Positions 9,604-20,412 of a stretch of DNA of 24,556 bases are shown one piece after another (position 1 is the stretch's first letter; every line of letters starts with the position of its first letter). Origin of the DNA: Octopus sinensis (Eukaryota); the NCBI RefSeq assembly GCF_006345805.1, contig NW_021836369.1:1-24556 (forward strand). The letters run 5' to 3'. A program made the translations under genes and the position numbers. The notes under the pieces are model-generated. The model was not told the DNA's origin. It saw only the letters and a program-made list of their open reading frames with translations, and ran no database searches.

Positions 9604-10043
9604 TATGCATGTATGTACGTACGTATCCAATAATTGTGTCATTATTCATTATCTATGTCATGTCACAAATCTGTCGTATTGCCGAAAGGTCCCCCACGTG
9701 TTTACAAAAGACATGTGTCATATGTTTATATTTCTGTTACTCTCCTGATTTTTCATTTTCTCTTTATTTTTCTTCGATTTAACACCCTGCCTTTTCTGTT
9801 TCCTTTTTCTGTCCTTCACATCCGCTCACATATCCCAACAGCATTTTTGCTGTTGACGCCACCAAAATGAACAATCTCATCGTTAAAGGCGCGAAATCGT
9901 TCTGAGTTTTGGACGATAACTGAGGAGGGATGAGCGTATCCATGTCTTGTGTGTGCTTTTTCCGTGTGTTCCTTTGTTGCCTTTGTCCACGTATGTGATT
10001 TTTTTTTTACCTCTAAAATATATACAGAATATATGTCTGTATA

Positions 10044-10455
10044 GGCGCAGGAGTGGCTATGTGGTAAGTAGCTTGCTTACCAACCACATGGTTCCGGGTT
10101 CAGTCCCACTGCGTGGTATCTTGGGCAAGTGTCTTCTGCTATAGCCCCGGGCCGACCAATGCCTTGTGAGTGGATTTGGTAGACGGAAACTGAAAGAAGC
10201 CTGTATAGTATGTATATATATATGTATATATGTATGTGTGTGTATATTTTGTGGTGTTGTGTTTGTCCCCCTAGCATTGCTTGACAACCGATGCTGGGTG
10301 TTTACGTCGCCGTCACTTAGCGGTTCGGCAAAAGAGACCGATAGAATAAGTACTGGGCTTACAAAGAATAAGTCCTGGGGTCGATTTGCTCGACTAAAGG
10401 CGGTGCTCCAGCATGGCCGCAGTCAAATGACTGAAACAAGTAAAAGAGTAAAATA
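10044..10455 (+). mobile_element. Family B SINE, full length (tRNA head, CORE-like motif, internal microsatellite, LINE-derived tail)
   Basis: GGCGCAGGAGTGGCTATGTGG..GGTTCAGTCCC..CTTGGGCAAGTGTCTT..GGCGGTGCTCCAGCATGGCC..CTGAAACAAGTAAAAGAGTAAAA. Confidence 0.92.
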
Positions 10456-10799
10456 GTATATATATATATGATCAGAAGTCGTTGTCACAGTTGTTGTTGT
10501 TGTTGTTGTTTGTTGTTGTAAATGTCAATTAGAAAGAAAAATCTACCCTTTTCCTCTGATTCGCCGACCTCTCCCTCTTCCACTGCCACCGGCACACCAT
10601 TAGAAATCTTGAACTCATCCCTGTGAACCATCGAAACACTCGTTATTTAGACGGTCTTCCCCACCACGACATCCGTTGATAGCTACAACAGACTTGCAGC
10701 TTATCTGCAAGGAAGTGGCATATAGGGAAAATAAAAAGGAAGAAAGAAGAACGAAAAGAAGGAATTCATGTTTGGTCAGCTTGACACCATCATTATTGT

Positions 10800-10893
10800 T
10801 TGTTGTTGTTGTTGTTGCTGCTGCAGCTGCTGCTGTTGTTGTTGTTGCTGCTGCTGTTGCTGTTGTTGTTGTTGTTGCTGCTGCTGTTGTTGT
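10800..10893. repeat. (GTT)n/(GCT)n microsatellite
   Basis: Directly visible. Confidence 0.9.
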
Positions 10894-11023
10894 TTGGACC
10901 CAGATCAACCTTGATTTAGCAAGCGTATGATCAAAGAAGTTCTGGCGATAGTCGTCTCTTTTTCCCCCCACATCGAATATGTAATAAAATATTACCCGGC
11001 GCAGATTAGTTGTCTTTCCATGC

Positions 11024-11050
11024 ATGCGTGTGTGTGTGGTGTGTGTGTGT

Positions 11051-11100
<50 letters not shown>

Positions 11101-11108
11101 CGCGCGTG

Positions 11109-11170
<62 letters not shown>

Positions 11171-11186
11171 TATATATATATATATA
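11024..11186. repeat. (GT)n then (TA)n microsatellite
   Basis: Directly visible. Confidence 0.92.
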
Positions 11187-11756
11187 CTGGGAGTATGGCT
11201 GTTGTTTCTAGCTGTTCTACAAGCTCGTTCTTTGGCTGGCGCCCTTGTTGGTAACAGAGAATGTCGCAAGAAGGCGGGACTAAGTAGTACTACTGATACT
11301 AACTGCTGTATCAGGGTTGGTTGTTGTGATCAATGAACGTGAAAGTTTATGATATTGCTATGTTATATTCTAATATACCACATAGTAATATCGTGACCAG
11401 AAGTTATTGCTGTCAGGGTCACAGTGATATTGATTTTTTGGTTTCTATAAGCAAGGTCAGACAGCAAATGGTGATTCATGGCACTCGTTTTTATTTAATT
11501 TTCAGGTGATCAATATACAATCTTCAATAGTTCAATCTTCAATAGTTCAATGGGTAACGAGTCGATTAACACACAGTTATCAATTGGAGTTCCAATTCAG
11601 CTGCTTACCGTGAAAACACGGAGTTTGCAGACATCGAGTTCCCTAACCGTTACGTAATAACTGTTCGGTGGTTGATGTGAGGTTTGGGCGAATGGCGTTT
11701 GAATTTGCCAAGTCTACAGTCTGCAGTCCATAACATACCAGCACTGTAACACAGTG

Positions 11757-11781
11757 AGACAGACAGAAAGACAGACAAACG

Positions 11782-11833
<52 letters not shown>

Positions 11834-12013
11834 GGCAGGCAGGCAGGCAGGCAGACAGACAGACATACACACAGACAGACACACAGACAGACACACAGAC
11901 AAACAGACAGACAGACAAACAGACAGACGGACGGATGGATGGATAGATGGATGGATAGATAGATGGATTGATAGATAGATAGATAGATAGATAGATAGAC
12001 ACAGATAAATAGC

Positions 12014-12045
<32 letters not shown>

Positions 12046-12047
12046 TG

Positions 12048-12140
<93 letters not shown>

Positions 12141-12244
12141 GGTAGACAGATTGATATATACATGCATACATACATACATACATACATACATACATACATA
12201 CATACATACATACATACATACATACATACATACATACATACATA
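11757..12244. repeat. Compound tetranucleotide array GACA/GGCA/GATG/GATA/CATA
   Basis: Directly visible. Confidence 0.95.
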
Positions 12245-12294
12245 AAATGAGAGTGAGAGAGAGTATGTGTGTGTGCGTACATTGTAATTGTAGA

Positions 12295-12615
12295 ATGGCA
12301 GAATATTTTAGGAATTTGCTTCGCAATCATGAGGTCTTAAGTTCAATACCACTACGTGGCACCTTGAATCAGTGCTTTTTACCATAGCTTCGAATCCAAG
12401 GCACGTGAGTGAAATTCTGTGAAAGGAAACTGTTCTCAAGCCTGTCGGATAGAGTGTACAGCAATGCAATAGTCCGGCCTTCTCGCACACTGCCTCACAA
12501 TGATTCTACTTCAATATGGCCCAAGGAATATAGGTGTCTGCGGAATACTCAGCCAGCTCCTCGTTAATTCAATGAACAGATAACTCAGTTCATCGAAGAA
12601 CAGAAACCCACTGTC
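12295..12615 (+). mobile_element. Old SINE with a family-B-like head
   Basis: AGTTCAATACCACTACGTGGCACCTTGAATCAGTGCTTTTTACCATAGC..GTGAGTGAAAT..GGAAACTG..AAGCCTGTCG is a decayed B head. The 3' boundary is uncertain. Confidence 0.6.
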
Positions 12616-12635
12616 AAAACTGAAAACAATTAAGA

Positions 12636-12638
<3 letters not shown>

Positions 12639-12679
<41 letters not shown>

Positions 12680-12684
12680 TGTGT

Positions 12685-12716
<32 letters not shown>

Positions 12717-12719
12717 TTG

Positions 12720-12763
<44 letters not shown>

Positions 12764-12778
12764 TCCGTGCGTGTGTGT
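12639..12778. repeat. (GT)n(GCGT)n microsatellite
   Basis: Directly visible. Confidence 0.92.
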
Positions 12779-12935
12779 ATTCATTCTCAATACTTTGTGG
12801 CAGATTCGAACACGAATATCTGACCGCTATTGTTTTCCTCGTCACAGAACACCACCCTTTCGACCAATCGTTTTCAACCGGGGTCCATATAAGATTTTGT
12901 TGCTAAAATTTACATAGAATAAATTAATAAATTAA

Positions 12936-13324
12936 TCTTTATATATAAAAGTGAGGTTGTGTGCTGTCTGTCTCCTACGATTTAGATTCCTAACTACTCC
13001 CACATTTTGCGGTGCAGTTTGACCAAAACCGGGTATCTTATAGTCGTGATTAATATCGAGCCCTTCTGGGTATTAGCGTGCGTCTACGGTGAGTCTACGA
13101 TTTTTAAAAAATTTACCATCAATTTTTCCCATTTTTAATGCATTTTTGGCATATATAAGGGAAGTAACTCTCTAAAAATTTATAAATCTCAGAACGTAAA
13201 AAGCTACAGTACAACCCCCCTTTGTGGTTAGCCATATGAGATGGCTATTATACTTTACATCTCTAAAAATGCTTATATAGTTATTTCCCTTACAAACCCG
13301 AGCAACGCCGGGCGATACTGCTAG
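12936..13324 (+). mobile_element. Complete non-autonomous Helitron (family H1), 389 bp
   Basis: A|TCTTTATATATAAAAG start; CCCGAGCAACGCCGGG hairpin then CTAG|T; no TSD. Confidence 0.9.
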
Positions 13325-13564
13325 TAAATTATAAAGTTAAATATATATACTGGCCAACCTATTGACCAAACTATTGACCATTTGAGCAGTCACTACCGAC
13401 GATGCGTACAGGATAAGCGAAACTAGTGAGTCTAGAGACGGTCATGGGGTAGTTACCTCCCCTGTCAATGTATATATATTGCGCTCTACTCACAACATTA
13501 AGAGATTTTAACTCTTATTTGTAGCAATGTAGGTGTTTCTGCACCCTTAGTCACACTTCGTGAC

Positions 13565-13600
<36 letters not shown>

Positions 13601-13664
13601 GTGTGTGTGTGTGTGTGGTGGTGTGTGTGTGTGTTATTATTTTTATTGTATTTTTTATTGTATT

Positions 13665-13960
13665 TATATTTGTGTAACATTGTCCGTTTTTTTCCGTCCT
13701 TGTTTTTGTGTACATTCGCTGCTTTCTTCCAAGGAATGTAAAGCTCTTAGCTTAGTTTTTCCTTGGGGCTGGCCAGATTGGAGCAATCTTGAGTATAACC
13801 AGCCAAAATTCCAAAGATAACCTGGAACTCCACTGAGGAAAGAAAACTCCGAATGACCCGTCCTTGTTTTCTTTGTATTGTCTATCTGGATGTTTTGTTG
13901 TCCCATTTTTGTATCACCTAACTGTCCGGATGTCTTGCGTTCTTGTCCCATTTTGTATTG
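13665..13960. repeat. Unclassified probable interspersed repeat with internal direct repeats
   Basis: GTCCTTGTTTT occurs twice; TTGTCCCATTTT(T)GTAT at 13898 and 13943; bounded by microsatellites. No second copy in the window. Confidence 0.35.
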
Positions 13961-14449
13961 ATATATATATATATATATATATATATTGTATAATGCGATT
14001 TAAATGGCATAAGGCATAAGCGGTATTTGGAACATCATCGAAGGAGAAAACTGCGAAGAGAATTCATGTCAGTTCCTTTGCTCTAGTAACTATAATTAGA
14101 AAAATCATAAAGTTCATTAGCCTATATTACATAATTTGGCTGTAATCTTCACTGAAACACGTGTAAGATGGCGTACTTATATAATTCACAAACCAAATCT
14201 CCCTCAAATTACTATTTACTGTTTTTTTTTTAAATGACAGGGCTCTTTAGATAACGTAATCCCAGTAGAGATAATAGCTGAAAAAATATATAAATGAACT
14301 TTTATTTATATTTTTTCAGCTATATGACCATAGATGGAACGCCCATAATCATAAGTCTATTCAATCAACTGTTATGGACGTCACAAACAGATTCACTGCA
14401 ACAATTTGAGTTTTAATCAGGCTCTGAACTGACGTCTGCTCGCAGCATT

Positions 14450-14779
14450 CTTCGGTCATGACAGACCATGGGATTGCACCTAGAAAGTTACCCTCCCAGG
14501 CACAAGTCCGGGCAAGGTTGTTTATGGAAGACCAGCAGTCGCGCATACATACCAGTCTTCCCTCTCCACGCCACCAGTGTCATCCAAGGGAAAGGCAAAG
14601 GGGCCGATACAGCTTGGCACCTGTGATGTCGCAACTCATTTCTACAGCTGAGTGAACTGGAGCAACGTGAAATAAAGTGTCTTGCTCAAGAACACAACAC
14701 GCAGCCAGGTCCGAGATTCGAAATCACAACCTCGCGATCGTAAGCTCGATGCTCTAACCACTGAGCAATGCACCTTCAC
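14450..14779 (-). mobile_element. tRNA-derived SINE with Deu/Nin-like central domain (family D)
   Basis: Minus strand: GCTCAGTGGTTAGAGC A box, TTCGAATC B box, TTGAGCAAGACACTT, GCGACTGCTGGTCTTCCATAAACAACCTTGCCCGGACTTGTGCC, tail CCCATGGTCTGTCATGACCGAAG. Domain naming is from memory. Confidence 0.8.
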
Positions 14780-15065
14780 ATACGCAGCATACTACTTGTC
14801 CAATGTATAGCCCAGTCCTCCAGTCCTCCAATACACACATATATAATTGCAGAATTAGCTATATTTCCATAGCAAGCTGTAAAGGATAACCATAACAGAC
14901 ATGCGTGCGAGCACGCAACACGACATATGTGTAATTATAGAAGAGGATAAATGCTAATTGTTCCTACGTTAAGTACTGGACCGGTAATTTTGAAGGGAGG
15001 GGGAGTTGGTCGATTCCATCGACTGCGAGCGATGTAATCGACTGACTCCACATCCATTTACATAT

Positions 15066-15102
15066 CGCGCGCGCGCGTGCGTGCGTGTGTGTGAGTGTGT
15101 GT

Positions 15103-15142
<40 letters not shown>

Positions 15143-15530
15143 TGTGTGCGTATAGAAACGCACACATACACACGCATTCACTAAACAACTTACCTCTAAA
15201 ATATATACAGAATATATGTCTATATGTTTGTACCTTTTGCAACTGTTTGCGGTATCCGACGCTCTGCATGCGCGTGTATATATAACTCTGTGTGTATGTG
15301 TGGGGGATGCGTGTGTGTGTGTGTCGTGTGTGTGTGTGTGTGCGTGTCTGTGTGTGTGCGTGTGTGTGTGTGTGCGTGTGTGTGTGTGTGCGTGTGTGTG
15401 TGTGTGTGTGTGTCTGTGTGTACGTGTGCGTGTGTGTGTGTGTGCTTGTCTGTGTGTGCGTGTGTGTGTGTGTGCGTGTCTGTGTGTGTGTGTGTGTGCT
15501 TGTCTGTGTGTGCGTGTGTGTGTGTGTGTG

Positions 15531-15569
<39 letters not shown>

Positions 15570-15640
15570 TTGCATATTCATATGTGTGTTCGTACGTCTG
15601 TGCTTGTGTGTACGTCAGTATGTTGTGTGTGTGTGTGTAT
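15066..15640. repeat. Long interrupted (GT)n arrays with higher-order units
   Basis: GTGCTTGTCTGTGTGTGCGTG recurs about 54 bp apart; a non-repetitive island lies at ~15150-15290. Confidence 0.9.
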
Positions 15641-15829
15641 GTAAACTATGTGTAAATGAGAAAGATTCTCCTTGCGTGAGATGTTTTATCTTTTCCTGGT
15701 GTTGCCAAGGGATCATTGATGCAATAAATACAGAAATGACGTGTCATTTCTTGCTTCTTATGTGCAACACTGTCACGCTAACGTTTATAATGCACCATAT
15801 TACATAAACCAATCGACAGACATTGATCT

Positions 15830-15832
<3 letters not shown>

Positions 15833-15870
<38 letters not shown>

Positions 15871-15918
15871 ATTGATTTATTATTATTATTATTATTATTG
15901 TTATTATTATTATTAATA

Positions 15919-15987
<69 letters not shown>

Positions 15988-16005
15988 TAATAATAATAAT
16001 GATAA
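15833..16005. repeat. (CT)n, (ATT)n, (AAT)n microsatellites; the last two form a fold-back
   Basis: Directly visible. Confidence 0.9.
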
Positions 16006-16009
16006 TTCT

Positions 16010-16112
16010 ACCGTTCGGAGTCGACAAAATAAGTACCAGTTACGCACTGGGGTCGGTGTGACTAACTTTAACTCATCCCCCCGACTTGATGACCTTGTAC
16101 CAAAATTTGAAA
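16010..16112 (+). mobile_element. Meta-type SINE 3' fragment
   Basis: TTCGGAGTCGACAAAATAAGTACCAGTTACGCACTGGGGTCG..CCTTGTACCAAAATTTGAAATC followed by (ATT)n. Confidence 0.75.
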
Positions 16113-16130
16113 TCATTATTATTATTATTA

Positions 16131-16172
<42 letters not shown>

Positions 16173-18219
16173 CATTATTATTATTGCCTTTGCACAGCTT
16201 CTAACGCTGGAGATGTACTACGGTGTCAGCTGTTCACAACCAGTGAACTAAGGTAACACCTCTTATTTTTCGAGCACCTTCCGGAGTATTCGAGATACAT
16301 GTATATAAGTATTCCTAGATACTTATAACTCTCTCCTCCTTTCAATGATTTTAATGTTTGACCATCTGGTAATTGGATGCCTACGCTGTTGACAACCCGT
16401 CCCCTTCTTATAACTAATATTTCATACTTATCTATGCCAAAATCCATGCCTATATCATTGCTGAAGAGTCTTACAGTCTGTATTAAGGAATCTTTCTCTT
16501 TTTCATTCTTACTAAAAAGCTTCAGATCATCCATGTAGAGTAAATGTAGAGTAAATAGTGGAGAACGAAGTACTGAAGATGGGAAACCTAATGTACAAGA
16601 AGCTAGAAAGTTCTGGAGTAACATGTGGGATAAGCCAGTCAATCATAATGCAGATGTAGTATGGTTAAAGAAAGCAATACCCTTACTATTTCTGAACTGA
16701 CACCCTGCATTTTCCTTCCTTAATCCTAACTTAGGGGGATCAAACATAAGACAAATATTAAAGGGGACAACAAAAACCTCTGGAGAATTCCTCCTTTGAT
16801 ATTTATTTTCCCTAAGAGTGTGTCACCTGAGTAGAGATCTACTTTCCATTTCTTCATGTAATAGCTAATTAATTCTTTTATGTTGTCTACTTTACTGAAT
16901 ATACTCAGACATTCACTTATCCATGAGTGTGGGATCATGTCACAGGCTTTCCTACGATCTATCCATAGTATTGTTAGATTCTTCTTTCTAACTTTTACTT
17001 CACTTGGAACTGCTTTATCTATATATAATAGATCATGCGTTACTCTAGCCTTCTTCCTGCTACCTTTCTTTTCTTCTGGCAGTAAATTCTGATTGTCAAG
17101 ACGCTCCTAAATGCTTCCTGGAAGCATTCCTGTCAACAGCTTCCACACTAATGGTAAGTAAGTAATTGGTCTATATTTGTTAACTGTATTACCCTTGCTC
17201 TTATCATTCATAATGAGTATTGTCCTTCTAGTCATCCAATCTGGTATTATTCCTCCATTAAGGCAATCTTGAAGTTATTCCCTCAGTCTCCTTGGTAAAC
17301 TGCTAAATTTCTTTAGCCAGTACACTTGAACTAAATCTGGTTCTGAGCTCTTCCAATTCGGCATTTTCCTAACACTTTACTCATTAATGCATTAGTTGGT
17401 CTTAGATCTGGCTGCTTCTCACTCACTATTTCTTCCTTTGCTTTCTTTAACCATACTACATCTGCATTATGATTGACTGGCTTATCCCAAATGTTACTCC
17501 AGAACTTTCTAGCTTCTTGTACATTAGGTTTCCCATCTTCAGTACTTCGTTCTCCACTATTTATTTGGTTTATAAAATCTCCTCTGGCCTGTCTCAAATA
17601 ATCTATTCAGTTGATATTGGTCTATTCTTTTTTGATATCTGGAGAGCTTGCCTGCTACTGCTATGATAATCTGTTTCAACTCTTCTATTACTATCCAAAA
17701 TCCTTTCTTTTTTACTAAGTATCTTTTCTCAAGGGAAGATTTGCATATCGTGTTCCCTAACCTGTTCAGTTTCCAGGCTTCTATTCGACTCGGATCTTGT
17801 CTTAAAATCTTCACCTTATTTTGTAATCTCCTTTTCCACATTTGTTCTTTTTTAATCTTTCCCTGTGAGATATCTAATCTTCTGGTGACTACTAATCTTC
17901 CTGTCTAGATCAATAAGTTAGTGTCTTCTACATTTTTAGTATCTATCCTACTGATAGCAGAATCTACCTTCCTAGCCATTTCTATCAACTTCCCTTTGTT
18001 GGTACCTTTTAATCCTGGCAATCTTTTTCTTACTTCTTTACTCATTACTTCCTGCAACTCATCTAAAATCTTCTGATCTTCCTCACTTAAATCACTTAAG
18101 TCATTGGTGCCAGTTGTCCCTTCCTTATTGGTAGAGCTATTATCATTCTTTCTTTTAGATTCCTCTCTGCTTTGAGCTGTATCTCCTATGTTGTTCTTTG
18201 TCTTTCCTACTACCTGGTC
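16113..18219 (-). mobile_element. R4/Dong-clade non-LTR retrotransposon, 5'-truncated, internally deleted, with (AAT)n tail
   Basis: Broken ORF: EARKFWSNIW, MIPHSWISECL, LSPLIFVLCLIPLS, HLLYMDDLKLF, FGIDK, YKYLGIL joined to the terminal RILRKVLEK* (stop 16263-16265), short UTR, and TAA repeats on both flanks. Confidence 0.92.
16552..16677 (+). repeat. 126-bp inverted copy of 17438-17563
   Basis: One mismatch seen (ACATGTGGG vs ACATTTGGG). Confidence 0.95.
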
Positions 18220-18235
18220 TATTATTATTATTATT

Positions 18236-18305
18236 GAGGTCGACTTTGCCTTTCATTCTTTTGAGATCGGTGAAATAAGTACCAGTTACGCACTGAGGTC
18301 GATAT
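18236..18305 (+). mobile_element. Meta-domain SINE fragment
   Basis: GAGGTCGACTTTGCCTTTCATTC..AATAAGTACCAGTTACGCACTGAGGTCGATATAA. Confidence 0.8.
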
Positions 18306-18610
18306 AAACTTGAGATTACATAGAAAGTATTTTGCGTAGGATATGAGCACTATCTTTTGAATTTCTGCCATTTTGAGGTTTCCTGGTATCTGCAATCAGC
18401 CCCTTTTGCCATCATTCCCAGGGCACCTATGACAACAGGTATTGTTTTAGTCTTCAGGTTCCACATTTTGATAATTTCTATTTCAAGATCTTTATATTTG
18501 CTCAGTTTTTGGTAGGTCTTGACAGATACGTTTATATCGATTGGGACAGTCATATCAATGAGGAGGCATGATTGTTTTTTCAATGAGGGAGGCATGATTT
18601 TTATCTGAAG
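18306..18610 (-). pseudogene. 3' REL-domain fragment of another R4/Dong-like family
   Basis: CLLIDMTVPIDINVSVKTYQKLSKYKDLEIEIIKMWNLKTKTIPVVIGALG..AHILRKILSM* (stop 18316-18318); 19/20-bp tandem duplication at 18555-18599. Confidence 0.88.
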
Positions 18611-18696
18611 TTTATTATTATTATTGTTGTTGTTGTTGTCATCAAAGCCTTTAGTACTTTCTTGCATTTGATCCTTTTTGTTGTCTATGAATTAAC

Positions 18697-18907
18697 AGGA
18701 ATCGATGTCATCGACTTGACACCCCCTCTCCCCTCCCCTCAAAATTGCTGGCCTTGTGCCAAAATTAGAAACAAATTATTCTCTAGGTTGTGAATTAGCA
18801 GAATCGGGAGAGCGACGGACAAATGTTTTGTGGCATTTGGTTCTGAGTTCAAATCCCACCGAAGTCAACTCTTTGCTTCCTTCTTCGGGGATCGATAAGA
18901 TAACTGT
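18697..18907 (+). mobile_element. Two old Meta-type SINE pieces (tail, then head)
   Basis: TCGATGTCATCGAC..CCCCTCAAAATTGCTGGCCTTGTGCCAAAATTAGAAAC, then GCAGAATCG..TTCTGAGTTCAAATCCCACCGAAGTCAAC..TTCGGGGATCGATAA. Confidence 0.65.
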
Positions 18908-18917
18908 ATACCTACCT

Positions 18918-19362
18918 CAGATAAGCGGAGTTTGTTCTTTTGAATGGCTCTGAAACATAGAGAGTCACCTGCAACAACTACAAATAGATCCAGACTTTCA
19001 TCAACAAATGTCTCCGGCAGATCCTCCATCTGAAGTGGTTCGACAGAGTGCCAAACACCGACCTGTGGGAAAGGGCCAACCAAAAGCCCATACATGTTCA
19101 GATTAGACGAAGGAAATAGAGATGGATCGGACACACACTGCGGAAAGAACCCTCAAATGTGACACGACAAACACTTGACTGGAACCCGCAGGGGAAAAGG
19201 AAGCGAGGACGCCCGAAGCAGACATGGAAGCGGAGCATTTTGGACGAGCTCAGGACCACCGGCCTGACATGGGAAGCGGCCAAGAAACACGCCAATGACC
19301 GCAAAAAATGGAAAACAATTGTTGAGGCCCAATGCTCCACAAGGGGCAAAAAGGATTAAGAG
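18918..19362 (+). mobile_element. 5'-truncated RTE-clade LINE, 3' end
   Basis: LLNGSET*RV..FINKCLRQIL..W..RWIGHTLRK..TRQTLDWNPQGKRKRGRPKQTWKR..DRKKWK..CSTRGKKD*. 10-bp TSD ATACCTACCT at 18908-18917 and 19363-19372. Confidence 0.92.
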
Positions 19363-19476
19363 ATACCTACCTTAAACTATATCTTCTGGGGCCTAGAGTA
19401 ATCGCAGACACATAGATAGGCCAAGGCTTCACGGGTTTGAGCTCCTAGCCTGTTTCTTCTTCATATCAAAAATATC

Positions 19477-19710
19477 TGTTTCTTTATTGCCCACAAGGGG
19501 CTAAACATAGAGGGGACAAACAAGGACAGACAAACGAATTAAGTCGGTTACATCGACCCCCAGTGCGTAACTGGTACTTAATTTATCGACCCCGAAAGGA
19601 TGAAAGGCAAAGTCGACCTCGGCGGAATTTGAACTCAGAACGCAACGACAGACGCAATACCGCTAAGCATTTCGCTCGATGTGCTAACGTTTCTGCCAGC
19701 TCGCGGCCTT
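19477..19710 (-). mobile_element. Meta-type SINE monomer
   Basis: Family match. Direct repeat CTTCATATCAAA(A/G)ATATC at 19459-19476 and 19708-19725. Confidence 0.92.
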
Positions 19711-19867
19711 CATATCAAAGATATCGTTTTGATCAAGATTCAAATATATCCTTTCTCATAGAATACAAGTTACAAACACTTGTTATTCAGCCTCTGGTTT
19801 CGCTCGAACTAAATCAATAACTAAAACGTCACCAATGGGCAAATTTAATGGAATTATTAATTCTAAA

Positions 19868-20260
19868 GGCGTGGCTGTGTGGTAAGAAGTTTGCTTCTCA
19901 ACCAGATGGTTCCGGGTTCAGTCCTACTGCGTGGCACCTTGGGCAAGTGTCTTCTACTATATCCTCGAGCTGATCAAAGCCTTGTGAGTGAATTTGGTAG
20001 GCAGAAACTGAAAGAAGCTCGTCGTGCATGTGTGTGTGTGTGTGTGTATGTGTTTGTCCCCCTGCCGTCGCTTGACAACCGATGCTGGTGTGTTTATGCC
20101 TCCGTAAGCTAGCGGTTCGGCCAAAGAAACCGATAGAATAAGTACTAGGCTTACAAAGAATAAGTCCTGGGGTCGATTTCTTCGACTAAAACCCTTTAAG
20201 GCGGTGCTCCAGCATGGCTGCAGCCAAATGTCTGAAACAAGTGAAAGAAGGAATAAAAAA
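19868..20260 (+). mobile_element. Family B SINE, near full length
   Basis: Matches 10044-10455 along its length. Confidence 0.9.
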
Positions 20261-20294
20261 CTACTACTGTTTTGAATTGTTTTCTAGCTTAAAA

Positions 20295-20396
20295 AGAAAA
20301 TAAGTTCTCAGGTCAATTAGTTCGACTAAAATTCCTCGAGGCGGTGCCCCAGCATGACCACAGTCTAATAACTGAAACAAATAAAAGGTAAAAGAT
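20295..20396 (+). mobile_element. Family B SINE tail fragment
   Basis: GTTCGACTAAAA..GGCGGTGCCCCAGCATGACCACAGTC..ACTGAAACAAATAAAAGGTAAAAG. Confidence 0.75.
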
Positions 20397-20412
20397 ATGC
20401 GGTATTGCACAT

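Noticed and set aside
9920-9945. Second hammerhead (CTGAGGA then a GGAT/ATCC stem)
   Set aside because: No GAAA or cleavage triplet follows; at best a relic.
11187-11336. Hydrophobic stretch followed by Cys-rich peptide (..LLFLAVLQARSLAGA..CCIRVGCCDQ*) resembling a secreted toxin
   Set aside because: No in-frame ATG or credible splice acceptor outside the microsatellite, odd cysteine number; likely chance.
12862-12905. Possible hAT-MITE end (TTTTCAACCGGGGTCCATATAAG)
   Set aside because: Based on recall only; no second TIR or 8-bp TSD found in the window.
13833-13855. Hammerhead-like CTGAGGA..CGAAT
   Set aside because: No proper stem II, GAAT instead of GAAA, and no stem I partner.
16226-16642. 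138-aa ORF as an intact RT gene
   Set aside because: A chimera of the inverted insertion, an RT fragment and out-of-frame 3' sequence.
16187-18610. RT piece and adjacent REL piece as one rearranged element
   Set aside because: They have different C-termini (LRKVLEK* vs LRKILSM*) and different 3' UTRs, so they are separate families.
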